Source of the DNA: Clostridia bacterium
GTDB taxonomy: Bacteria; Bacillota; Clostridia; TANB77; CAG-508
Reading direction: 5' to 3'
DNA length: 32,000 nucleotides
Assembly (NCBI GenBank): GCA_022791395.1
Contig: JAAVZA010000036.1
Location: 1-32,000, forward strand
Shown here one piece after another: positions 10,468-17,409 of the stretch (positions within the stretch are counted from its first letter, which is position 1; every line of letters begins with the position of its first letter). A program made the translations under genes and the position numbers. Under the pieces are notes generated by a model. That model searched no databases. It saw only the letters and a program-made list of their open reading frames with translations, and was not told the origin of the DNA.

Positions 10468-10614
10468 CTACATAAAATTACGTTTTTTGATATCTAATTT
10501 CGAACCTTGTAAATTATGGAAAATCTTAATATCGAAAAAAGTATAAATCGAATAAAAAACAATAAAGATGTTAATAATGAAAGTGATAAAAAACACATTA
10601 ATAAGTGTATTCAT
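10468..10614 (-). CDS. unlisted 48-aa membrane protein, first gene of the T4SS-like operon
   Basis: My translation of the minus strand gives MNTLINVFFITFIINIFIVFYSIYTFFDIKIFHNLQGSKLDIKKRNFM. RBS ggtggtg is 5 nt upstream, and the stop lies 14 nt before the coupling-protein ATG. Confidence 0.4.
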   Translation of the reverse strand: MNTLINVFFITFIINIFIVFYSIYTFFDIKIFHNLQGSKLDIKKRNFM

Positions 10615-10639
10615 ATAATCACCACCTAACAATGGAACA

Positions 10640-10668
10640 ATAATACAATAAAAAATATAATTTGTCTA
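10640..10668 (-). promoter_or_regulatory. promoter candidate for the T4SS-like operon
   Basis: Minus strand reads TAGACA, 17 nt, TATTAT, about 25 nt upstream of the 48-aa ORF. Confidence 0.3.
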
Positions 10669-10833
10669 TAGTTTTTTAAAATATTTTTAATTACAATTGA
10701 TTTATACGACTTTTTAAGTCATTTTTACGTAGTAATATAAGTATTATTTATTTTAGAATAGGAGAAAATAATCTATACAAAATTGAATAAATATGATAAA
10801 ATATGAGAAATTATAAAAAAAGGAGGAATTATT

Positions 10834-11019
10834 ATGAAAATAGAAAAAACAACAAAAATAGGAGAACTATTAGAAATGGCACCAGAAAAAGCTGAAATAT
10901 TATTAAATGCAGGAATGCACTGTCTAGGTTGTCCAGCATCACAAGAAGAAACAATAGAAGAAGCATGTATGGTTCATGGAATAGATGTTGAAGAAATCAT
11001 AGAGCAACTAAACGCATAA
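10834..11019 (+). CDS. DUF1858-domain protein (hybrid-cluster-protein-associated redox disulfide type)
   Basis: 61 aa. IGELLEMAPEKAEILLNAGMHCLGCPAS...TIEEAC..HGID matches the DUF1858 pattern. Strong RBS aaggagg. Confidence 0.8.
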   Translation: MKIEKTTKIGELLEMAPEKAEILLNAGMHCLGCPASQEETIEEACMVHGIDVEEIIEQLNA

Positions 11020-11108
11020 TAAGTAACAGTATTGTATTAAAAATTTAACTAAAAGAAGAGAATGTGTAAAAAAAGTCATAAAAAAATGAAAAAAATGTGA
11101 AAAAATGA

Positions 11109-11137
11109 TTGACATACATTCAAAAATGTAGTAACAT
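11109..11137 (+). promoter_or_regulatory. promoter candidate for the tRNA cluster
   Basis: TTGACA (11109-11114), 17 nt, TAACAT (11132-11137), 31 nt before the first tRNA. Confidence 0.4.
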
Positions 11138-11168
11138 ATTAAAGTACCTATTTTTGAGGTACATTTTT

Positions 11169-11244
11169 GGGCCATTAGCTCAGGTGGTAGAGCACTTGAC
11201 TTTTAATCAAGTTGTCCGCAGTTCGAGTCTGCGATGGCTCACCA
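11169..11244 (+). tRNA. tRNA-Lys (anticodon UUU), CCA encoded
   Basis: Hand-folded cloverleaf: acceptor GGGCCAT/ATGGCTC, anticodon loop cTTTTAa, T-loop GTTCGAGTC. Confidence 0.9.
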
Positions 11245-11286
11245 AAAAGAATACTAAATGAAAATTTAGCATTCTTTTATATATTA

Positions 11287-11361
11287 GGCCCGTTGGTAAA
11301 GCGGTTAATACACCGCCCTTTCACGGCGGAGACATGGGTTCGAGTCCCGTACGGGTCACCA
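11287..11361 (+). tRNA. tRNA-Glu (anticodon UUC), CCA encoded
   Basis: Acceptor GGCCCGT/ACGGGTC, anticodon stem CCGCC/GGCGG with loop CTTTCAC. Closely resembles Firmicute tRNA-Glu. Confidence 0.9.
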
Positions 11362-11363
11362 GT

Positions 11364-11440
11364 GCCACTTTAGCTCAGTTGGCCAGAGCACCGCACTTGT
11401 AATGCGGGGGTCCTCAGTTCGAATCTGAGAAGTGGCTCCA
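11364..11440 (+). tRNA. tRNA-Thr (anticodon UGU), CCA encoded
   Basis: Acceptor GCCACTT/AAGTGGC, anticodon stem CCGCA/TGCGG with loop CTTGTAA, T-arm CTCAG-TTCGAAT-CTGAG. Confidence 0.9.
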
Positions 11441-11488
11441 TTAATAAAGGTCAGTAGTCTTGCAATAGCTTGGTTACTGGCTTTTTTT
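11387..11488 (+). repeat. direct repeat copy 1: 3' two-thirds of tRNA-Thr plus downstream terminator
   Basis: Matches 12391-12491 with one substitution (aaaGgtc vs aaaCgtc) and a T7 vs T6 run. Confidence 0.9.
11450..11488 (+). terminator. intrinsic terminator of the tRNA cluster
   Basis: gtcagtagtcttg-caatag-cttggttactggc hairpin (includes G:U pairs) followed by T7. Confidence 0.6.
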
Positions 11489-11546
11489 ATGTCTAGAAAC
11501 TAAAATATAACTATTATTTTTATAAAATTTTTACATAGAAAAATTT

Positions 11547-11578
11547 GGATTCCCCGGATATTCCCCGGATATTCCCCA
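11547..11578. repeat. GC-rich 11-bp tandem repeat, about 2.6 copies (TTCCCCGGATA)
   Basis: ggat-tccccggata-ttccccggata-ttcccca. Non-coding on both strands, located about 60 nt inside the left direct repeat. Confidence 0.85.
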
Positions 11579-11825
11579 CAAATTATGTGAAGTTGATATA
11601 GAGAATAAAATTATTTATGCCACAGTTTTATTTTGTTTATCAACTTTTAAACTAAATGTGAACTAACAAACTAGAATCTATTTAGAAAAAGTAATTTATA
11701 GTTATAGATTATATTTTACTTTTTTATGAGGTGGCTATTTTTTTTTAACAATTTATGGTAATATAATAAAAAATAGATGTCAAATAAAATAATGGTAAAC
11801 TTTTTTTATTATAAGGAGGTATTCT

Positions 11826-12257
11826 ATGAAAAAAAAGAAGATTTTAACAATAATAATAAGTATTTCTTTAATCGGTATGTACATAATAATTTTAGCAATT
11901 GTGTTATTAAGTAAGATTAATACTTATACTGCTACAATTACTGAAATTTATAATAACGAAATTTTTGTTCAGGATGATTCTAGACTGATTCCATATGATT
12001 TATGCGATCATACAAAACCAGAAAGTTATGGTCATATAGTTAATGAGAATAATATGGTCTATTTCACAACTAAGGAATCAATATATTTAAAAGATGTATT
12101 AATTTTAGATAAAAGATGTAAAAAAATTAGTAAAAGTGATTTAAGTATTGGAGATAAAATATATATTATTGTTTTAGATATTGGTGTTGGAAAAGATGTC
12201 GCCACTACTCCGCCAACATTATCAAATGTTAAACTAATAAAAGTATTAGAAAATTAG
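11826..12257 (+). CDS. membrane-anchored hypothetical protein, 143 aa
   Basis: Strong RBS aaggagg. N-terminal KKKK plus a hydrophobic anchor, then a soluble beta-rich-looking domain. Family not recognised with confidence. Confidence 0.6.
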   Translation: MKKKKILTIIISISLIGMYIIILAIVLLSKINTYTATITEIYNNEIFVQDDSRLIPYDLCDHTKPESYGHIVNENNMVYFTTKESIYLKDVLILDKRCKKISKSDLSIGDKIYIIVLDIGVGKDVATTPPTLSNVKLIKVLEN

Positions 12258-12390
12258 TTAGAATTTAAAAATTATAAAAGGATTTCTTATAATCTAATTT
12301 AAAAAGGTTTTTAAAGATATTGAAATCTAAGGATAAACTCAGTATTATAGCTATATTAAAGAATTAAGATATATAAACTAAAAATTATGA

Positions 12391-12491
12391 AGCACCGCAC
12401 TTGTAATGCGGGGGTCCTCAGTTCGAATCTGAGAAGTGGCTCCATTAATAAACGTCAGTAGTCTTGCAATAGCTTGGTTACTGGCTTTTTT
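12391..12491 (+). repeat. direct repeat copy 2: orphan tRNA-Thr 3' fragment (from the D-stem 3' strand to CCA) plus terminator copy
   Basis: Identical to 11387-11488 apart from one substitution and a one-T length difference. Lacks the tRNA 5' portion, so it is not a functional tRNA. Confidence 0.9.
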
Positions 12492-12578
12492 ATTATATAA
12501 AAAATATTTAAAAAATTTATAAAAATCCTGTAACAAATTTAATGAAAATTGACACTTAATAATAGAAGGGTAGAAATA

Positions 12579-13063
12579 ATGGAAGATATTGAAGAAATTT
12601 ACAAAAAATATGCTAAGTTAATAAAAAATTATATATTTTGTATAACACAAGATATAACATTAGCTGAAGAAATAATGCAGGAAACCTTTGTGGTAGCAAT
12701 AACGCGGAATAAATAAATTTAGAGGAGATTGTGAAATTTCTGTATGGCTTTGTTCTATTGCAAAAAAAATTTTATACAAAAATATTAATAAAAATAAATT
12801 AAAAAATACAGTAGCAATTGAAGAAGTAGAATTAGTAGATAACAAAAATATAGAAGAAGACTATATAAAAAAAGATAATAAAATAAAATTATATGAAGCC
12901 CTTCAAAAATTAGATGAAAATACTAGAGAGGTAATATACTTGAGACTAACAGGAGATTTAACATTTAAAGAAATTGGAAAAATACTACGGAAAAAGTGAA
13001 AATTGGGCAAGGGTTACATTCTTTAGAGGAAAAGAAAAATTAATAAAGGAGGATAAGATATGA
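12579..13063 (+). pseudogene. ECF-type sigma-70 family factor with two frameshifts
   Basis: My three-frame reading: frame 1 is MEDIEEIYKKYAKLIKNYIFCITQDITLAEEIMQETFVVAITRNK*, stopping at 12714. Frame 2 from ~12703 is ..INKFRGDCEISVWLCSIAKKILYKN...REVIYLRLTGDLTFKEIGKILRKK*, stopping at 12997. Frame 3 from 12989 is GKSENWARVTFFRGKEKLIKEDKI*, ending in an ATGA overlap with the anti-sigma start. Together these give regions 2 and 4 of an ECF sigma. Confidence 0.8.
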
Positions 13064-13776
13064 AAACGATAAACTGTATAGATTGTGAAGTAATTAAAGA
13101 TTTGTTACCAAGTTATGCAGATAAAATATCAAGTGAAGCTAGCAACAAATTAGTAGAAGAACATTTAAAAAAATGTAAAAATTGTACTAATACATTAAAA
13201 AATATGAATAAAGAAGTAGACAATGAAATGATAGAAAATCAGGAGGAGCAAATAGATTATTTAAAAGGTTTTAAAAGAAAGAAAATAACAACAATAATTT
13301 GTGTCATAATCATAACAATACTTATCTGTGTTAATCTTTTTTTAATAACAAGTAAAATTCTAATGGATGTAAGATTTATAATAGATTTAGACGAGCTTGA
13401 TATTGATGGATGGATTGGTGAAGACAGAAAAGGAGAAAATTGGGAAGAACAGAATAGAATAACTTTTGATTTATGTTGTGAAAAATATCAAGTATTCTAT
13501 GATGTAATAAGAGATGAACAGAAGGGAGAAGTACATATAAAAGTATTTGGTAAATATGCATTTCCAGGAGAAAGAGGCAACATGGTTTGTGTAATAGATA
13601 AAGAAGATACAAATAAAATTTATATAGAAAATGAAAAAGGTGAAATAAAGAAAGTATGGGATATAAAAGAGGGTTTTTTAGTAGAGGACATATCAAACAG
13701 AGTTCGTGAAAGTAATAGAAAATGGGAAGAAATGAATAACAGTATATTAAAAAGTCTTTATGAAAAAAATAAATAA
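13060..13776 (+). CDS. anti-sigma factor, zf-HC2 type, single-pass membrane protein
   Basis: 238 aa. N-terminal C-x2-C ...LLPSYADKISS...HLKKCKNC zinc-finger anti-sigma signature, a central TM helix (ITTIICVIIITILICVNLFLI) and an extracytoplasmic C-terminal domain. Start overlaps the sigma stop (ATGA). Confidence 0.75.
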   Translation: MKTINCIDCEVIKDLLPSYADKISSEASNKLVEEHLKKCKNCTNTLKNMNKEVDNEMIENQEEQIDYLKGFKRKKITTIICVIIITILICVNLFLITSKILMDVRFIIDLDELDIDGWIGEDRKGENWEEQNRITFDLCCEKYQVFYDVIRDEQKGEVHIKVFGKYAFPGERGNMVCVIDKEDTNKIYIENEKGEIKKVWDIKEGFLVEDISNRVRESNRKWEEMNNSILKSLYEKNK

Positions 13777-13870
13777 AGTTATAAAATTTGTACTAGATAA
13801 AAGAATATGGTATAATATGGATATACAAGATATAAGTTTGAACTAAAGAAAGAGATAGGAGGAATACAAA

Positions 13871-14500
13871 ATGGAAAAGAAAAAAATGAAATTATGGAAA
13901 AAAATTCTTATAGGAGTGTTAATTGTCATTGCTATATTTTTAATATTTGTAACAAGAAGATTTATAATAATAACAAATCTAGATAATATATCAAAAGAAT
14001 ATGCAAATAAAACAAATTACATCGAAATAGCTTCCTACGCTCAAGGAAGTAATGCGTATATACGAACATTATATAATAAAAATGGTAATATTTTATCAGA
14101 AATGAAAATTATTGGAAAAATAAGCAATCAACCCAATATATATACAACTACATTTACTTCATATATAAATGGAAATGATAAAATTTCTATTGTTCAAAGA
14201 GGAGAAGAAAAAAAAGTAGAAGATGGATTTGAAGTAGGAAATAATTTGGTAAAATGTGCATATAACTACTGGAAATACGATAATCTCATTTATCATTTGA
14301 TAAATGCAATAACATCACGAATTACAACAACTGAATATAACAATAAAAAATGTTATAGGATAGAAGCAAATGGTATTATATTATGGATAGATAAAGATAC
14401 AGGACTAATTTGTAGGGAAATTAATGGTTTTGGAGTTGCAGAATTTAATTATGAATTTGATGTAGTAAAAGATGACGATATTGTAAAACCAAGTGTATAA
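13871..14500 (+). CDS. membrane-anchored extracytoplasmic protein, 209 aa (tentatively LolA/DUF4367-like)
   Basis: RBS aggagg, N-terminal TM anchor, C-terminal ...YRIEANGIILWIDKDTGLICRE... pattern. The family call is tentative. Confidence 0.6.
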   Translation: MEKKKMKLWKKILIGVLIVIAIFLIFVTRRFIIITNLDNISKEYANKTNYIEIASYAQGSNAYIRTLYNKNGNILSEMKIIGKISNQPNIYTTTFTSYINGNDKISIVQRGEEKKVEDGFEVGNNLVKCAYNYWKYDNLIYHLINAITSRITTTEYNNKKCYRIEANGIILWIDKDTGLICREINGFGVAEFNYEFDVVKDDDIVKPSV

Positions 14501-14731
14501 TAAGTATGAAAAAAATAAAAAGAGGGTATATACATATCTTCTTTTTATTTTTATAGGTAGTTTTTATTTTACAAAACTTACAATAAATAGGGGGGATTAC
14601 TAATTTTTTGAAGATTTACATTGTTTTGAGGATATTATTAACAAGATAGTGGAAAAATTATATAGTATTAATACAACTTTTGTTGTAGTTGTATCAAGTA
14701 GCAAGGGTAGATTGTATGAAAGGAGAACATT

Positions 14732-15136
14732 ATGATTAAAAAACTTAATAAAGCAACAATCTGCATAATGATGGCATTAGTTATTTTGACAGCATCATTT
14801 GCAACAACATCTATGACGGCACGGGCGGCGGATCCGTTTTGGGGAGCAGCATACCATAATCCCGGAACAGATCACTTCACTGTCAAAATTGATGTTACAA
14901 GCAGGGTAAGCAAGATAGTCATTAAAACGTGGGATTTTACAGGTGATGTGTCGATTGGAATTGATATATTTGATTCTAATGGTACGCAACTAACTGAATT
15001 ACCTGTGATAATTGGTCAAAATAAAACTACCGACCCCATATCCATTAGATCAACTGGTGCAAAAGGAACCTATAGATTAGAATGTTATATAATAAGTGGG
15101 AATGCAGGCGGTTGGGTTGGAGCATGGGTATATTAA
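14732..15136 (+). CDS. secreted small protein, 134 aa, compositionally foreign
   Basis: RBS aaaggag. Signal peptide with an ARA/AD cleavage-like site; the mature ~100 aa is beta-rich and ends GGWVGAWVY. 49 G+C in 14801-14900 versus 21 in 14101-14200 (hand counts). Confidence 0.65.
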   Translation: MIKKLNKATICIMMALVILTASFATTSMTARAADPFWGAAYHNPGTDHFTVKIDVTSRVSKIVIKTWDFTGDVSIGIDIFDSNGTQLTELPVIIGQNKTTDPISIRSTGAKGTYRLECYIISGNAGGWVGAWVY

Positions 15137-15204
15137 ACCTTGATGCTGTGAATTAAATTTAATTTATCTACCTTTGCTGCGATCAGCTGAAATTGCTGAT
15201 AAAA

Positions 15205-15234
15205 GGGTGCAAATAAGTTTAATTATTTGTGCCC
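15205..15234 (+). terminator. terminator candidate after the secreted-protein gene
   Basis: gggtgcaaataa-gtttaa-ttatttgtgccc 12-bp stem (two G:U pairs). The T-tail is weak. Confidence 0.5.
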
Positions 15235-15295
15235 TTAATTATATAATAAGTAGAATAGTAAAAGAAAACAAAAATAATAGGAATCAATTAAAATG

Positions 15296-15598
15296 TTATT
15301 TTTTTGTATTAGTTGCAGATTCTAAATATGCTTGTATTTCTCTTATAGAATTTTTATGAATTGATAGTAGTTCTTTAACATTTACATTTTGTGGAGACAT
15401 AGTGTCATTAATTAGATTTTGTATTATAGAAGTATTTAATTCCAATAAATCAAAGAAAAAAATTTTGAAAATCAATTCAATATAATTGCTAGAGTCTATT
15501 GAATTTTCTAATAGTATTTTATTTCTTATATTATTAAACACATTTATTCCGTGTTTTTCTTTGAAAAGTTCACTAAAATTCATATTAAAGAAATCCAT
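15296..15598 (-). CDS. hypothetical protein, 100 aa (coding status uncertain)
   Basis: ORF divergent from PadR. No convincing RBS before either candidate ATG, and no motif recognised. Confidence 0.3.
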   Translation of the reverse strand: MDFFNMNFSELFKEKHGINVFNNIRNKILLENSIDSSNYIELIFKIFFFDLLELNTSIIQNLINDTMSPQNVNVKELLSIHKNSIREIQAYLESATNTKK

Positions 15599-15615
15599 AA
15601 TTTTTTAAGAAACTA

Positions 15616-15644
15616 TTGACAATTTTTATACCTAGATATACAAT
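15616..15644 (+). promoter_or_regulatory. PadR operon promoter candidate
   Basis: TTGACA (15616-15621), 17 nt, TACAAT (15639-15644). Confidence 0.5.
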
Positions 15645-15653
15645 GCAAATATA

Positions 15654-15668
15654 CATAGATTATCTATG
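15654..15668. promoter_or_regulatory. 7-1-7 perfect palindrome, candidate PadR operator
   Basis: catagat-t-atctatg lies immediately downstream of the -10 box and upstream of the RBS. Confidence 0.4.
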
Positions 15669-15686
15669 CATAAAGGAGGGATAAAA

Positions 15687-16025
15687 GTGAAAGTAAACAA
15701 AGAATTGTTAAAGGGAAGTACTACAATGCTAATACTAGAAATGTTAAAAAATGAAAATATGTATGGCTATCAAATGATAAAAAAACTAAGTGAAAAATCC
15801 AAAAATGTATTTGAATTAAAAGAAGGAACATTATATCCAATTTTGCATGGATTAGAAGAGAATGAATTAATTATTTCATATTGGGATGAAACCTATGCAA
15901 AGAAAAGAAAATATTATGCAATTACAGAAAAAGGAAAGAAAAGTTTAAAAGAAAAAAAAGAAGAATGGGAAATATTTTCTACAGGAATTACTAATGTAAT
16001 AGGGGGTGTTTCGTTTGCAAACTAA
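15687..16025 (+). CDS. PadR-family transcriptional regulator (GTG start preferred over the ORF-track ATG at 15666)
   Basis: LKGSTTMLILEMLKNENMYGYQMIKKL...LKEGTLYPILHGLEENELIISYW is a PadR winged helix. The RBS aaggaggg lies inside the ORF-track N-terminus, 7 nt before the in-frame GTG at 15687. Confidence 0.85.
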   Translation: MKVNKELLKGSTTMLILEMLKNENMYGYQMIKKLSEKSKNVFELKEGTLYPILHGLEENELIISYWDETYAKKRKYYAITEKGKKSLKEKKEEWEIFSTGITNVIGGVSFAN

Positions 16026-17340
16026 AGAATTTTTAGATAAAGTATGTGAGCAAATAAAATACAAACCTATTAGAAATGAAATATCAAAAGAGTTAGAAGA
16101 CCATATACAAGAAATAAAAGAAGAGTATCTACAAGAAGGAATACAAGAAAATGAAGCGGAAGAAAAAGCAATTATACAAATGGGCGTAGCAGAAGAAATA
16201 GGAAAAAAACTAAATAGAATACATAAACCAAGAATGAATTGGCAATTACTTATTCTTGTTTTAATACTATTAGTATTTGGAGTTTTAGTAAGTTATATAG
16301 ATGGAACAGATAATTGGAAAATAAATTTAATATATACTATTCTAAGTACAATACCATTTTTACTAATTTACTTTTTTGATTATAAAAAGCTACAAAAACA
16401 TTCAAAGATAATTTATTGTATTGCAACAATCATATTATTAATGCCAATAATAAGTGGTGACAAGACAATGAATACAAGATTAGTAACAAGAATAATCGCA
16501 ATGCCGCTTTACATTATATCATTTGTAGGTTTTATAGAAAATATAAATAAAGAAAGCACAATAAAAATAGAATACTTTGACAGACATAATATAAATATAA
16601 ACATAGTAAAAGCTATGTTATTAAGCATAATATCCTTAATAGTACTATTACAATATTCACGTTCACTAACCATTATCCTAATATTAACATATTATGCAAT
16701 AATTACTGCAAAACTAATACAAATGAAGAAAAAGAAATACATAAAAAAATCATTAAAAATTACGGGTATTTCAATAATTATATTAACATTAATATGGCTA
16801 GGAAGTTTAGTAAAATATAATGAATTTGAGGAAACTATACATAGAATTGGTACGATATTTAACCCAGAAATAAATACAGACACAGATATTGTATGGCAAA
16901 GAACGGCTCAAAGAGAAATTATAAAATCAGCTAAATTATTTGGTAAAGCAAATAACGTGGATATAAGTACAGCAATGCTATTTAATACAGAAAAAGGAAT
17001 ATTCCCGCTAAATGCACTTTTATTAAACTATGGTTGGATTATTAGTATTTTAATGATTATAATGGTTATAGCATTCAATATAAAAATGATTATAGATGTA
17101 ACCAAAATAAAAGATACATATGGAAAGTTAATAATAGTAGGAATAGCATGTTCATTCATATTTAGAAATGTGTTGTGTATATTAATAAACTTAAATCCAG
17201 CAATAAATTTAAATTCTGATATTCCATTTATATCATATGGAAAAATAAATCTAGTAATAGATATTTTAAGCCTAGCAGTTATATTTTCAGTATATAGAAG
17301 AAAAAATATAAATTTAAATACAAATAAAGAAATTGCATAA
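16006..17340 (+). CDS. membrane protein: N-terminal PadR-associated helical prefix domain fused to a divergent FtsW/RodA/SpoVE (SEDS)-like polytopic domain
   Basis: 444 aa. N-terminal FLDKVCEQIKY..IRNEISKELEDHIQE pattern, about 9 TM segments, and the C-terminal PFISYGK motif (compare SEDS PFISYGGS). The start may instead be TTG at 16015. Overlaps the PadR stop. Confidence 0.65.
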   Translation: MFRLQTKEFLDKVCEQIKYKPIRNEISKELEDHIQEIKEEYLQEGIQENEAEEKAIIQMGVAEEIGKKLNRIHKPRMNWQLLILVLILLVFGVLVSYIDGTDNWKINLIYTILSTIPFLLIYFFDYKKLQKHSKIIYCIATIILLMPIISGDKTMNTRLVTRIIAMPLYIISFVGFIENINKESTIKIEYFDRHNININIVKAMLLSIISLIVLLQYSRSLTIILILTYYAIITAKLIQMKKKKYIKKSLKITGISIIILTLIWLGSLVKYNEFEETIHRIGTIFNPEINTDTDIVWQRTAQREIIKSAKLFGKANNVDISTAMLFNTEKGIFPLNALLLNYGWIISILMIIMVIAFNIKMIIDVTKIKDTYGKLIIVGIACSFIFRNVLCILINLNPAINLNSDIPFISYGKINLVIDILSLAVIFSVYRRKNINLNTNKEIA

Positions 17341-17409
17341 AACATATTGGAAAACAAATTAATTTATTATAAAATATCTATATAAATAATTTAAAAGGAG
17401 TAAAAATAT

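Larger units (their letters stand above)
7119..10614 (-). mobile_element. remnant of a conjugative-element type IV secretion module (incomplete, partly pseudogenised)
   Basis: Five co-oriented genes with 11-28 nt spacers encode T4SS-type parts. No VirB4, relaxase or integrase is present in the window. Confidence 0.5.

Noticed and set aside
12660-12845. 61-aa minus-strand ORF in the sigma-factor region.
   Set aside because: It lies antisense to the reconstructed ECF sigma pseudogene, whose three-frame reading gives clear sigma-70 region 2/4 sequence. The antisense ORF has no supporting signals.
15174-15359. 61-aa plus-strand ORF downstream of the secreted-protein gene.
   Set aside because: It has a non-ATG start and no RBS, runs straight through the 15205-15234 terminator hairpin and overlaps the 3' end of the minus-strand ORF. 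It is most likely non-coding.
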